Source of the DNA: Daphnia carinata
Taxonomy: Eukaryota
Assembly: GCF_022539665.2 (NCBI RefSeq)
Contig: NC_081331.1
Span: forward strand, 9,300,001-9,364,000
Direction: 5' to 3'
Length of the DNA stretch: 64,000 nucleotides
Shown here: positions 42,909 through 55,550 of the stretch, piece by piece
How the letters are laid out: every line of letters starts with the position of its first letter
Position numbering within the stretch: the first letter of the stretch is position 1
The notes under the pieces: generated by a model
Seen by the model: only the letters and a program-made list of their open reading frames with translations
Databases searched by the model: none
Told to the model about the DNA's origin: nothing
Made by a program: the position numbers and the translations under genes

Positions 42909-43149
42909 CCGGTGTGTGAGCGATTTCGCGCAAGGAAAAAAAGCGCTTTGGTTAGAAGAGGCTTCGTAAAACCATTGGCTTAAGCCAACTGTTTGGCTCA
43001 ATGCAAGAGCCAAACGGATGGCCTAGGAGACGGAGACCAAGTTGGATCAGAGTCATAGAAACCTGGTTGCTCCACGCTGTGTTGCCATAAGGGTCTGCGG
43101 CGACTTGTGGTTGAAATTTCACTGATTTTTTGGGAGGAGCTGGGCAATG

Positions 43150-43930
43150 GAAAAGAAAAAAAACGGCGAAATTTTTTATCTTTTTTACAACTACCGCTAT
43201 CTACCAGTCAGATTCCTATTTAATTTTCTAAATACAACTTTACGCATTCTAGCCATATAAGTCTATAATTTTTAAAATTAATAACTTTATTTTATTAAAA
43301 GATAACTACAATAATTATTTTGTTATACTCTACTGACTTAACTTAATTATTATTACTATTAACTATTAACTTTCCAATTTGTACTGCAGCAAATATAACG
43401 AATGTAATTGTAATAACAATTAGAATGATTGCGTGTTTTAGGTATAAATAATATGTTTGAGTAATATAAAGTTGTTATTGTGTATTATTTTAACTCCGCA
43501 ACAACCAACAACGACTTTATATTACTGAAACGTATTATTTATACTTAAAACAAGCAATCATTCCAATTGTGATAAGAACGGTTTTAGTAATATAAAGTCG
43601 TTGTTGGTTGCAACAAACGATAACGACTTTATATTACTCAAACATATTATTTATACCTAAAACAAGCAATTATTGTTATTATTATCATTGCTGCAAAATG
43701 CAGTTCAAAATGAAAAGGTAACAGTTAATAGTAATAATAATTAAGTTAAGGAAGTAGAATATAAAAAATAATTACTGTATAGTTATATGTTAATCAAATA
43801 AAGTTATTAATTAAAAAAATTATATATTTACATGGCTAGAATATGTAAAGTTGTATTCAGAGACTTGATTAGAATCTGACCGGTAGATGGCAGTAGCTGT
43901 AAAAAAGAAAAAAAGCCTTTTTTTCTTTGT
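43150..43930. repeat. AT-rich, almost fully palindromic foldback-like element
   Basis: 43178-43390 pairs with 43690-43908 (CTACCGCTATCTACCAGTCAGATTC / GAATCTGACCGGTAGATGGCAGTAG; TTAACTTAATTATTATTACTATTAAC / GTTAATAGTAATAATAATTAAGTTAA). Inner inverted copies of an ACGACTTTATATTACT module. Confidence 0.8.
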
Positions 43931-46185
43931 GGAACACAAAGTTTTCCTCGCTGCTTGAATATTTAATGCGAAAGGCAGAGAGGTCAGATGAACTACTCCT
44001 CCAAGTGTTTCGCTAAAATCTGCATAAAACGTCTCCAGGTCGTCCAGGTTTATGGCCAAAGATGGTAGCTCAATCAAATTTATTAGTAGCAATTCTTTAT
44101 TAATAGGGCTTTCTTATGTAATCACAATTAGGTTATCTCTAGATCATTCGTCCGCCTGCCAATGCATTGCGCTTCAGCGATCAGAAACCCTAGCCTTACT
44201 GTATCGGAATCTATAATTAACCTCGCTAGGATACGAGGCTGAATAAACAGCTTAATATTTGCATCGGAAATATTTTTCTTTGCCACAAAAATTATGCTTT
44301 AGGGTCCATATGCAAAATGAGATTTTGTTTCATGATCATCAGAATTACTAATTTTTTATGAGGAAAAGAACCACAATTCAGTTTGTATGTTATACAAAGT
44401 AATCGCTGATAATATCAAATTTGAAACAAACACAGAAACATAAAAAATTTGAAACAATAACATTTAACGTCTCCATGGCTGGATTACAATCGTGCACGAG
44501 CAAATTTCACCCAAAATCAGTTTTTTCCCACGTAAACCTGAGGTTACCTGACACCTACGTGATCAAAGCGCAATTGAAACAAATAATTCATCTGAACTCT
44601 ACGACCGTATATGAATTTTATTTACTTATTCGTGCCTTTAGTGTGTAAACTCATTCATCATCGTCGTTAAAAAGCATATTTTCCCGATAAAATGAAATCA
44701 ATTGATTTCAGGTGATAAAAATTGAACAATTATAACGTTTTGCAAAAACTTTTAGCCATTACCTACCACTTACTTGACCTTTCTGCGTGTGTCACGTTGT
44801 AAAACAATATTACCTGGTTGATGAGCTCACCTGCAAAAAAAAAATATTACCACCTAGCGACTACATTTGATTGGTTCAATTCGTTTTGTCAAGTGATTTT
44901 ATTAACCTTTATTAAGGGGAACACTGAGAACTTCGATTTGTGGCTTTCGAGATCTGAGGAAGAAAAGGTAAGCAGCTTATTTTAGCTATTTAATCGAAAA
45001 GAATTGTTCTTCTTAGCTGATCTTTTATTGCAAATTTAAACATTCTTGGTCGCGCTACTGTTCTACCCTGCGTACCCAAGAATCTTCACAATGAAATCTA
45101 TCGTAAGTTCAATTCCAATAAATATTTCTATCCTTCTACGATACACTTGTATTCGTTAGTTTGTACCAATTTTATGTAGTGTCTGCCATGCTGTATACTG
45201 TTATTTTATCAGTTAACAGTCACTTTGGTATTTTTGCGTTTCTTAGGTTCTGGTTTTCATCATTGTTGTGGCTGTTTATGCAGTTGACGGTTGTTATTTT
45301 CCTTTAAAGCAACAGGCCGAATCGGGCATATTGCAACCCGTAGTGGTGGAATTGGTTGGGATGGTCGGTGAACCAAAAGAAGAAATGCAACAAGAGGACG
45401 AAAGGGATATCGCCCAGAATGTAAAATATGATATATTAGCCGCACTATTGTGACTGAGGACGAAGGAAGTACAAAGAAAGTATGTACAAAACGAAGTACA
45501 GTTGAAAAAACAGAAAAAAAGCGCCTAATACAGATTGAGTTATGGAACAAAAACAAAAGGTGTCCCAAATCACCCCAGTCTCCCCTACAGTTGAAAAAAC
45601 AGAAAAAAAGAGCCTAATACAGATTGATGCAGTTGTGGAGAAACTTTGGGCCGATGAAAAAACAGAAAAAAGAGCCTAATACAGATTGATGCAGTTGTGG
45701 AGAAACTTTGGGCCGATAAAAAAAAAACAAGCAAATGGGGAGGCAAAAACAGATGCATCAATTACTGAACGAAAGGAAGAGCACAGCAGCACTGAACAAG
45801 AGGTAACAAAACCAAGGAAAAACGGCCCGCATCCTCGGTTTGAAAACAGATCCGAGTACACCCACGATAGACGAAAACTTGAGGAAAGTAAGCACGAAAG
45901 GAAAAATGAAAAGAAGGGCAATCGGAAAACCATCCCGGTTGTGCGAGATGCTGCTTCTGTGAATACCGCTCCTATTGCTTCTGAGGATCCCGTTTCTATT
46001 GCTTCTGAAGATCCCGCTCCTGCTGCTTCTGTGGATCCCGCTCCTGTTGCTTCTGCGGATCTCGATCCTGTTCCTTGTGAAGATTTTTCTGTCGGCTTAA
46101 CGCATTTGGCCTATGTCCCCCCTGCGGAGTCTACTACGGTTGCTTCCACTGATGTATCAGAATGTGCTGCCCAGGAGGAAATGAC

Positions 46186-47270
46186 CAGAGATAAGGAGAT
46201 GGGACACGGAATAGGGAAAGCCGCCATGACAGATTTCGGCACTCCATCTAGCGGCTAATTCCCTCCGTTTCTCATTACCAGACGAATTCCCTGCAAGCAA
46301 GCATTGTTACAGGCGGCTGATTTGAAATGGTCACGGAGAGGTAGATAATGCACCAGATAATAACACACAAAGGAAAGTTTCATGACTAAAAGTAAACTCT
46401 CAATGAAATTAGTTTTAAAGATTGGTGTATAACACGATTTATCTAACTGGTTATGATTAAAAGTTTCTTCAGACATATTTTGACTGAATAATTTGATGTA
46501 AGATAAACATCTTATTTTGAAAATCTGATAACAACAAATTTGACGAAGTAGTTAACAATATTCGATTCCGCTTCATGCGGGTCTTGGGGTCCATCCGCAT
46601 CGATATGTGCGTATAAAACTATCGAATTAAATTTACTATTAGCTAATATATTACATTTCAATGTATTACATTTCGCCGAGAAAAAAAGCCTGTATAGTAT
46701 TCCAAGTTAACAAAGCGGAACCAAAGTGGAGTGAGAACAAAACAGAAGTTTTTTAAGGCTTAAATCTAGGCATCCAATGTTTCAGTAAGATAATTAGTCG
46801 CAGGGCATCGTTAGGAAACTTACAAAATGAAACTGGTTGATCACTTCTCTTCGAATTGCAGCTAACGGCACTACATTTGGAAGGCATTTGCACAAAGAGA
46901 AGAAGAAAACACATCTAGAACTACTGTGAAAAACTTATAAACTGAGACTGGGTATTTTGCAGGATAAAATTCGATAATTAGCTAACAGGTTCCCTGGAAG
47001 GTATTAGTAAGCCAAAAATTCCAGAAAATCGACCCTTTTTGATTCTCCGACTTTTCAACGCCTTCCGAATCACATAACTTTCGTTTGTGTGTTTTTCTCT
47101 GGCGAAATGTCCGACTTTCCTTGCCCATATTCAAATTAGCCGCCTGTCACATTGGTTCCTTGCAGGGAATTCGTCTGCTAATGATGAAGGGACGGAATTA
47201 GCCGCTAGATGCTGCCCCAAAATGTGTCATGGCGGCTTTAACACGGTCGTGTCCCATCTCCTTATCTCTG
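46186..47270. mobile_element. Non-autonomous TIR element Y (~145-bp TIRs; P- or hAT-like)
   Basis: CAGAGATAAGGAGATGGGACACG... / ...CGTGTCCCATCTCCTTATCTCTG; perfect 8-bp TSD GAAATGAC at 46178-46185 and 47271-47278. Confidence 0.92.
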
Positions 47271-48159
47271 GAAATGACAGTAGGGGAGAGCGGACCCAAA
47301 CTGGACAAAAACTTATTTTGTCAATATCTCGGAAAATAAAAGGATTTTAGCGCTTGAAAAGATATTATATTGTAAAGTGTACTTAACTTTATGTTCACAA
47401 TTTTTTTCATTGAAATTGGTTGAGTAGTTTAGGCGTAAACACATTTAAAAAAACGGAAAAATTAAAAGAAAAAAAAAATTAGGGGGGAAAACTGGACATG
47501 CGGTGTACAGCATTAGACATGTTCTTTAAAACTTTATATACAGCAGCGTCCCACAAAGTGGGACATGCTGTGCGAGGGGACACTCTTCCCATTTTGCGGG
47601 TTTGTCCCACTTTGCGGGTTCCCATATGAAGACGTGGACGTGGTTAGGCAACCCGGCTAGGCTCAACGAGGGCTATCAAAATGTTCGCTTCTCCAAAGAT
47701 GAGTTGCTGAACCAATTCAATTGATTGTATTGGCTACATACAGCTTTTAATTTTTACTATATATTTTTTACGTAAGCTTTTATATAATTGAATGCGACAT
47801 ACATTATGAATACTAGCTATTTTAAACTTCTTTAGCAGATTTATAAAAGTAAACTTATGTTAAAAGAAAATACCAAGAGTTCTTTTAAATAATCAGTTTG
47901 TAGAGTAGTCACGAATAGTGGAATCACAGTAAGTTGCTGTTCTCTAAAGAAGCAGACAAGACACTGCTGTACCACTACTGGCGAAAACACGACCAGTAGA
48001 TCGATACACTTTTTCCATATGCAACACATAATACTCCCGCATGCTAACTAATTGTTATTTCTAGGTTAGTTTGACAAATTAAGATAGATAGAGATAGTTC
48101 TGGGTATGTAGTCTCTTAGTGATAAATGCATCTGGGTTTTAAAAGTGGTAAACTAAATA

Positions 48160-50024
48160 TCACAATATTATTTGAAATTTATCTTCAATTTCGCTTCGCA
48201 TTTGAATATACGACCGACGGGCGATGTCAATTGAAGTAGAATTACCAGATTCTATGGCAACTTGTAGTATATCTTTTGCTGAGCTCATCATTCGATCTAT
48301 GTCTCGCCTATTCGAAGAGGTGCAGGTCGAAATATTTGAATCACAGCAGATATCCATGGGTGTTTCCCCTTGACGGAAATCGGGTAAGCTGTCAGATGGT
48401 TCAGACAATAAGGCTGATGACTCTTTAGCGGCAGAATCATTCGTTGCGTCTAATATTATATCCCGCTCTTTTGCGGTAATAGTATCAGGATCCCTCTCTA
48501 AGTATAACCATCTTTTCACGATATCTTGCTGTTCTTCTCCACTTGCATCGACTATCGTTGAGAGACCCAATGAATCAGCCATTTGCCCGCGAACAACCAG
48601 CCCTATAAAAAAGTCTTTCGTTTAGTGAAATGGAACAAATGGCGGAAAATTTTATTACGTTCTAGTTGCTTGCAGATTTCACTGGCGGCATCGGACTGAA
48701 TCTCTCGATGAATATCTGCTCTTGCATCAAGGGATGCCGTAGAACTTATTGTAGTAGTTGTTGTAGTAGGTAGACATCGGGCTCTTTTCCAGCACCCAGA
48801 GATAGTTGTTTGCGGCAGTTCTTCCCAACAAAACTTGGTTAATATTGCTGCATCTAAAATATGGGCAGGTAGCCCATATTTCAAACCCTTCCTTCCATTT
48901 GCCACTGTCGCTGCTTCAGCTTGCAGGCTTACAAAATTATCGGTCCCATTGATAAGTTCTTCCAACATTCTGGTTTTATATCGAGTCTTAATGACTGAAA
49001 TAATTCCTTGATCTAAGGGCTGATAAATTGATGTAGGATTGGGTGGGAAAAAAATATATTAACTTGTCCATTTGGGTCGATGCAGGTTTTGTCATGTCCC
49101 GAACAGGAATCCATAAGCAAGGCCACTTTTTCTTTGGTAAACCTGCGAATACACGGTAGAAAAATATTCGTCCACCAGTGCCTGTAGCGCTCTTTATCAA
49201 CCCAGCCCTTTCGTTGATCGGTGTAAGGCAACGGGCATGCAGCATTTCGAAAACAATGAGGCTTTTTTGCTGTTCCGATCAATAAGGGATCTACTTTGCA
49301 TGATCCCGTAGCATTGAAGCATAATACAATGGTCAATCTATCCTTAGCTTTCATTGCTTTCGTCCCTTTACCTATTTGGCGCGCGTCGCCATCTTCTATT
49401 ATATAACTCGTTTGGCGTGCAGCGAAAAAATAAACCAGTTTCATCCATATTAAATATATTACCTTCTTCGTATCCTCCATCAGCTAGTTGTTTCCGTATC
49501 TCGTTCATAAACTTTTCAGCTTCGCCGATGTTGACATCACCTGCTTCTCCATGTAAGCGCACACTTTTTCCAATTTCATTCCGCCATCGCCAGTTACGGA
49601 ACCAAACATCAGACGCTACAAAATTCTTAATACCTAGATTCGCTGCAACACGTTTCGCACGACATTGAAGAATGGCACGCGTGACAGGCAGAGGTTTGCG
49701 TCTTCTGGTTGGATGTGTAATGTTGACGAACCATTCGTAAACTTGTTGGTCGATTTCAGGAAACTTCGCTCTTGTTGCGGAGACTTTAGACTCCAATGTC
49801 AAGGGACGATCCGCCTTAATATTCTTCAACTTTTCACTGTTACTCTTCATCCGTGCAACAGACGACTTCGAAAGACCGAACGCGCGCGCTACATCTGCCT
49901 GCGACTTGCCATTCTCAATCTCCTCAATAACTTTTAGTTGATCGCTTAAGGAAATACGTTGATGAAGTTTTCGGTTTTTAAAACTATCACATCCCTTATT
50001 TTCTTTTTGCACACTTTTTGGCAT
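48160..50024 (-). pseudogene. Tigger/pogo-family transposase (psq-type HTH, CENP-B HTH, DDE_1) with two frameshifts
   Basis: Motifs ISLSDQLKVIEEIENGKSQADVARAFGLSKSSV, FVASDVWFRNWRWR, NMDETGLFFR, KDRLTIVLCFNATG, LLMDSCSGH, QPLDQGII. Frameshifts near 49410 and 49050; probable intron ~48603-48658. Confidence 0.93.
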
Positions 50025-50180
50025 TTTTTTCAAAAGACTAGGAATGACTGAACAAGTGACTAGCTACAAAGACTAAAGCAAACTAACTAAATTCGTAAAA
50101 TAGCGATATTGTTGCCAAAATCTTTCATGTATTTCTAGAAAAAAAAATTTAACAACAAATTGTTATAGTTGTTAAGATTG

Positions 50181-50330
50181 GCGGAGAAAAAGGCCCAGAC
50201 GAAAAAGGCCCAGACGAAAAAGGCCCGCGAAAAAGGCCCAGACGAAAAAGGCCCATACGAAAAAGGCCCACTTTTTACCAAATTCAAAAGTGGGCCTTTT
50301 TCTCCATTGGACTGGGCCTTTTTCTCCGTT
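50181..50330. repeat. Left terminal module array: 6 direct plus 2 inverted GAAAAAGGCCC units
   Basis: Read directly; period 13-15 bp; mirrored at 56635-56778. Confidence 0.92.
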
Positions 50331-51409
50331 TAATTTCCATGTTCCCACAAACTTTATATTTATTTTCAAAATATATTTCCAACCTCCTATTCCGTGGAAA
50401 GTGGAATGTACATAGGTTGCTGAAACCGTTACCTTCTATAAGGTTTGCCGAGATCAAACAATGTTAGCGTATGTACGTTAGTTAATCTTTGATTATTTAT
50501 TCGGTTGCAATCTAATTTCGGATTATATTAGTATTTATATATTGCTAATATCCCGTTAAATAAAGTTCATTTTTCACAATTTTTGTTTATTGAACTACTA
50601 TCGGCTTTTTTTAATATAATACAAGAAATTAATGTTTTTCGCACTTAGCCTTGTTCTGTCCACCTTCTTTGATTATTCCCCCAACCCCCAGTCCATCTCC
50701 CTTATAACTTCCCTTTGTCGATACTTATGCCATAGGTAAAGACCACTGATTCGTTGTGAATAAGGAAACTGAATGAGTTCCGCGGGGCTTTTGTGGTTGC
50801 TGGGAACAAAAATATGTTACCACGAAGACTAGTTTATTATTATTAACATTTGATAAATAATGTTTATAGGAATAATAGTACAAACTTGAACTATCGTATG
50901 AGGCAAGGACCAAAACAAAGACTATTGTAATTCAATATTGATTCTAATACTATTTATTCTTTATACATTTTCCATTCTTTTAACAATTACAAAGAGCCCA
51001 ATAAATATATTAAAATCATAACCTACTGCTATAAATGATTTTGTTCGTTCTTCGTGTCCTGTTTTCACCTTTTGTACATTTTCAAGCAGCTATTGATTAC
51101 CTAATTACACATCACATACTACATTGAGATATAAGGAAGCTTTACACTTTACGTTAGCAAAGCTACTAATAATGACAAATCAATTTTCTACTACGACGGA
51201 TTTTTTTTTATGAGTCTCTTATTAGTGAAGACACTAAACCTTTTAAATTGAATCTAAGATTTTTTTTCTTCAAATTTTCCACGATCATGGAAGGCATATC
51301 AGTGTATTTTTCTAAAAAACTATCACGACATGGCTGCACATGAAAGAACACAAGTTTAGCTGATCCATCAGTCAGTATCAGTCTTTCATGCGATAAATTT
51401 GCCTTTTTT

Positions 51410-53385
51410 CTTTAGTTTATTCACTTTATGTTCTTTCTTTTCAGTTTTCTTTTCCTTAATGTTGGCTTTTCTCCTTTTCTGTTGTTATTCCCTTCTCTTT
51501 TCCTTTTCTTCGATTCGTCCAGCGCAATTTTTGTTACTCTCTGATTTGATTTGATCTCGTTCATTAATTGGTTTGGCAAGCAATTCCACATAGTCTTTTA
51601 CCTATTGCAATACAGAAAGGTTAAAAGTTTTCAAGATCTTACAAATATTTTTGTCAAATTGAAAGTTTACCTGAAAACCTTCAGCTATTTGCAGAGCACC
51701 ATTTCGTGCCTGTTTCTCTTCAATACTTCTTGCATTTTCAACTTCAGCTTGGCCTACCAAGATTTTCATTTTTGGTTTAAGTTTTATTTTCTTTCATTTT
51801 AATCGTTGCCACTTCTGGATCTAAAGTGGTCTTATTCAGAATGGGTGAGGAATTAGATAGTTCTCCAAAGTCAAATTTGCCGGAAACTAGGCAGCCTCCA
51901 CTGTTAAAAATCGGTGTTGGCAGAGTACTTGCTAGTCTTGCTTCAGGAATTTCTGTTTTAACAAACTCTGAAAGACCAGAGGTTGATGACACAGATGCTG
52001 CCTTGGTGGCTCGAGCATGTTTGGCAATTCAGGACCTCTTCTTCTTACTTTTCCTTTTTAATTTCTTCTTCATTCCCTCGAACTTCCGTTAAAGTTTGAT
52101 TTTCGTTGTCTTATCAGACAATTCCAGCTTTTTCTCTGAAAATCAATGGAATAAACTGGCCGGTCTTCCTTAAATGTAAATGTTAGACATACCTGTTAAG
52201 TGTGCGGTGTTCATTCGGTTTATGTTCTTTCTTTTCAGTTTTCTTTTTCTTAATGTTGGCTTTTCTCGTTTTCTGTTGTTATTCCTTTCTCTTTTCCTAT
52301 TCTTCGATGCGTTCAGCCAACTTCTTTTACAATTTGATTTGATTTCATCTTGTTTCTTAATAGATTTAGCAAGCAATTCCACATTGTTTTTCACCTATTG
52401 CAATACAGAAAGGTTAAATTATTTAAAATCTTAAAAATATGTTTGTCAAATTGAAAGTTTACCTGAAAACCTTCTGCTCTTTGCAGAGCACCTTTTCATG
52501 CCTGTTTCTCTTCAATACTTCTCGCATTCAACTTCAGTTTGGCCATCCAAGATTTTCACTTTGGCTTTGAGTTTTTTTTTTTATCGTTGCCACTTTTGAA
52601 TCTAAAGTGGTCTTGTTCAGAATGGGTGAGGGATAAGATAGTTCTCCTAAATCAAATTAGCTGAATACTAGGCAGCCTTCACTGTTGAAAATTTGTGTTA
52701 GCAGTGTACTTGTTGGTCTTGGTTCAGGAATACCTGTTTTGACAAACTCTGTCGGATCAGAGGTTGATGACACTGATGCTGCCTCGGTGGCTTGTGCAAG
52801 TTTAGCAATTCAGGACCACTTCTTGTTATTTTTCTTTTTTAATTTCTTCTTCTTCTATTTTTCTAATTTTTTTAAAGTTTGGTTTTCATTGTCCTATTAG
52901 ACAAATCCTGCCTTTTCCCTGAAAATAGATGGAATAAGCTGGCCAGTCTTCCTTAAACGTAAAGATTAACACATACCTGTTAAGTGTGAGGTGTTAGCTG
53001 CTAGACATTCTTCTTGTTCAACACCAACCTTATTGCTATTGAGATCGTCAACTGTAGATACACTTTCAGTTGGAATGTTGGTCAATAAGCTAGCAATGAA
53101 AAACTCTTCAGGAGAGAGTTACTTTTTAAGAGCGACGATGTCAATGGACCCTCGCGTTTTATAAGGCTCTTGATTTTTAGGGTCCTCATTTCCTACAAAT
53201 TTTGTTTAGACGTCACTTTCAAGTTCTTGTTTTCTCTTTTTCTATTTACAAAAACTGCCTCTCATATTATAACCTTTAAACTTTATTATTATTTACCTTG
53301 ATCTCTCAACATTATCACTGATCACTCCATAGATCAAACTATACGAAACAATAAGTCTATTGTTATTTTCTTTATGGAACGGCAT
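51410..53385 (-). pseudogene. SURF6: SURF6-like pseudogene, left arm (last two exons tandemly duplicated)
   Basis: TPIFNSGGCLVSGKFDFGE (ORF 51777-51992) and NNVELLAKSIKKQDEIKSNCKRSW (ORF 52170-52394); mirror image of the right arm. Confidence 0.72.
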
Positions 53386-53650
53386 TTTGAAGCCAAATCT
53401 AGCGTCAGGACGCCACAAACAATGGCGGACGGTGGAAAGCTGTTATTAAAACTTTTAGCTAAAGCTTTATTAAATTCAACAAAATTTAGTTCCTTTGTTA
53501 TTGTTCTATTATTATAATTCATTATTATTGTTGTACAAAGGAACTAAATTTTGTTGAATTTGTAATAAAAGAATTAAAAATTTTTAAAATTTTATGTTAA
53601 AAACCGTCCGCCATTGTTTGTGGCGTCCTGACGCTAGATTTGACTTGAAA

Positions 53651-55550
53651 ATGCCGTTCCCTGAAGAAAATAACAATAGACTTGTTTCGTATAGTTTGAT
53701 CTATGGAGTGATCAGTGATAATGTTGAGAAATCAAGGTATATAATAATAAAGTTTAAAGGTTATAATATGAGAGGCAGTTTTTGTAAATGGAAAAAGAGA
53801 AAACAAGAACTTGAAAGTGTCGTCTAAACAAAATTTATAGGAAATGAGGACCCAAAAAATCATGATTTCTAGCTTATTGACCAACATTGCAATTGAAAGT
53901 GTATCTACAGTTGACGATCTCAATAGCAATAAGGTTGGTGTTGAACAGGAAGAATGTCTAGCAGCTAACACCTCACACTTAACAGGTATGTGTTAATCTT
54001 TACGTTTAAGGAAGACGGGCCAGCTTATTCCATCTATTTTCAGGGAAAAGGCTGGATTTGTCTGATAGAACAATGAAAACCAAACTTAAAAGGAGTTAGA
54101 AAAATTGAAGAAGAAGAAATTAAAAAAGAAAAATAACAAGAAGTGGTCCTGAATTGCCCAACTTGCACAAGCCACCGAGGCAGCATCAGTGTCATCAACC
54201 TCTGATCCCACAGAGTTTGTCAAAACAGGTATTCCTGAACCAAGACCAACAAGTACACCGCTAACACCAATTTTCAACAGCGAAGGCTGCCTAGTATTTA
54301 GCAAATTTGATTTAGGAGAACTATCTAATCCCTCACCCATTCTGAACAAGAACACTTTAGATTGAAAAGTAGCAACGATAAAAAAAAACTCAAAGCCAAA
54401 GTGAAAATCTTGGATGGCCAAGCTGAAGTTGGAATGTGAGAAGTATTGAAGAGAAACAGGCATGAAAAGGTGCTTTGCAAAGAGCTGAAGGTTTTCAGGT
54501 AACCTTTCAATTTGACATACATATTTGTAAGATCTTAAATAATTTTAACCTTTCTGTATTGCAATAGGTAAAAAACAATGTGGAATGGCTTGCTAAATCT
54601 ATTATGAAACAAGATGAAATCAAATCAGATAGTAAAAAGAAGTTGGCTGAACGCATCGAAGAATAGGAAAAGAGAAAGGAATAACAACAGAAAACGAGAA
54701 AAGCCAACATTAAGAAAAAGAAAACTGAGAAGAAAGAACATAAACTGAATGAACGCCTCACGCTTAACAGGTATGTGTTAACATTTACATTTAAGGAAGA
54801 CCGGCCAGTTTATTCCATTGATTTTCAGAGGAAAAGCTGGAATTGTCTGATAAGACAACGAAAATCCAATTTAAACGGAAGTTCGAGGGAATGAAGAAGA
54901 AATTAAAAAGAAAAAGTAAGAAGAAGAGGTCCTGAATTGCCAAACATGCTCGAGCCACCAAGGCAGTATCTGTGTCATCAACCTCTGGTCTTTCAGAGTT
55001 TGTTAAAACAGACATTCCTGAACCAAGACTAGCAAGTACACTGGCAACACCAATTTTTAACAGTGAAGGCTGCCTAGTTTCCAGCAAATTTGATTTTGGA
55101 GAATTATCTAATTCCTCACCCATTCTGAAAAAGACCACTTTATATCCAGAAGTGGCAACGATTAAAATGAAAGAAAATAAAACTTAAACCAAAAATGAAT
55201 ATCTTGGTAGGCCAAGCTGAAGCTGAGAATGCAAGAAGCATTGAAGAGAAACAGGCATGAAATGGTGCTCTGCAAATAGCTGAAGGTTTTCAGGTAAACT
55301 TTCAATTTGACAAAAATATTTGTAAGATCTTCAAAACTTTTAACCTTTCTGTATTGCAATAGGTAAAAGACTATGTGGAATTGCTTGCCAAATCAATTAA
55401 TGAACGAGATCAAATCATAAAGTAACATAAATTGCGCTGAACGAATCGAAGAAAAGGAAAAGAGAAAGGAATAAAAACAGAAAAAGAGAAAAGCCAACAT
55501 TAAGAAAAATAAAACTGAAAAGAAAGAACATAAAGTGAATAAACTAAAGA
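53651..55550 (+). pseudogene. SURF6: SURF6-like pseudogene, right arm (last two exons tandemly duplicated)
   Basis: GT-AG introns retained (53986-54043, 54499-54567, 54771-54828, 55294-55342). TPIFNSEGCLVSSKFDFGE and EEKQA*NGALQIAEGFQ/VKDYVELLAKSI match the SURF6 motifs P.FNSEG..VFSKFDF and AW..AL..AEG.KVKDD..LL.KS. The conserved Trp codon is TGA at 54463 and 55258. Confidence 0.75.

Noticed and set aside
50181..50330. GAAAAAGGCCC array as a CRISPR array, or the ORFs 50172-50369 and 56540-56842 as genes
   Set aside because: Units are 13-15 bp with no unique spacers, the context is eukaryotic, and the arrays are mirrored transposon termini; the ORFs are by-products of the repeat.
53651..55550. 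SURF6-like copies as functional genes or as retrocopies
   Set aside because: They carry stops and frameshifts, so they are not intact; GT-AG introns and flanks are retained, so they are not retroposed.
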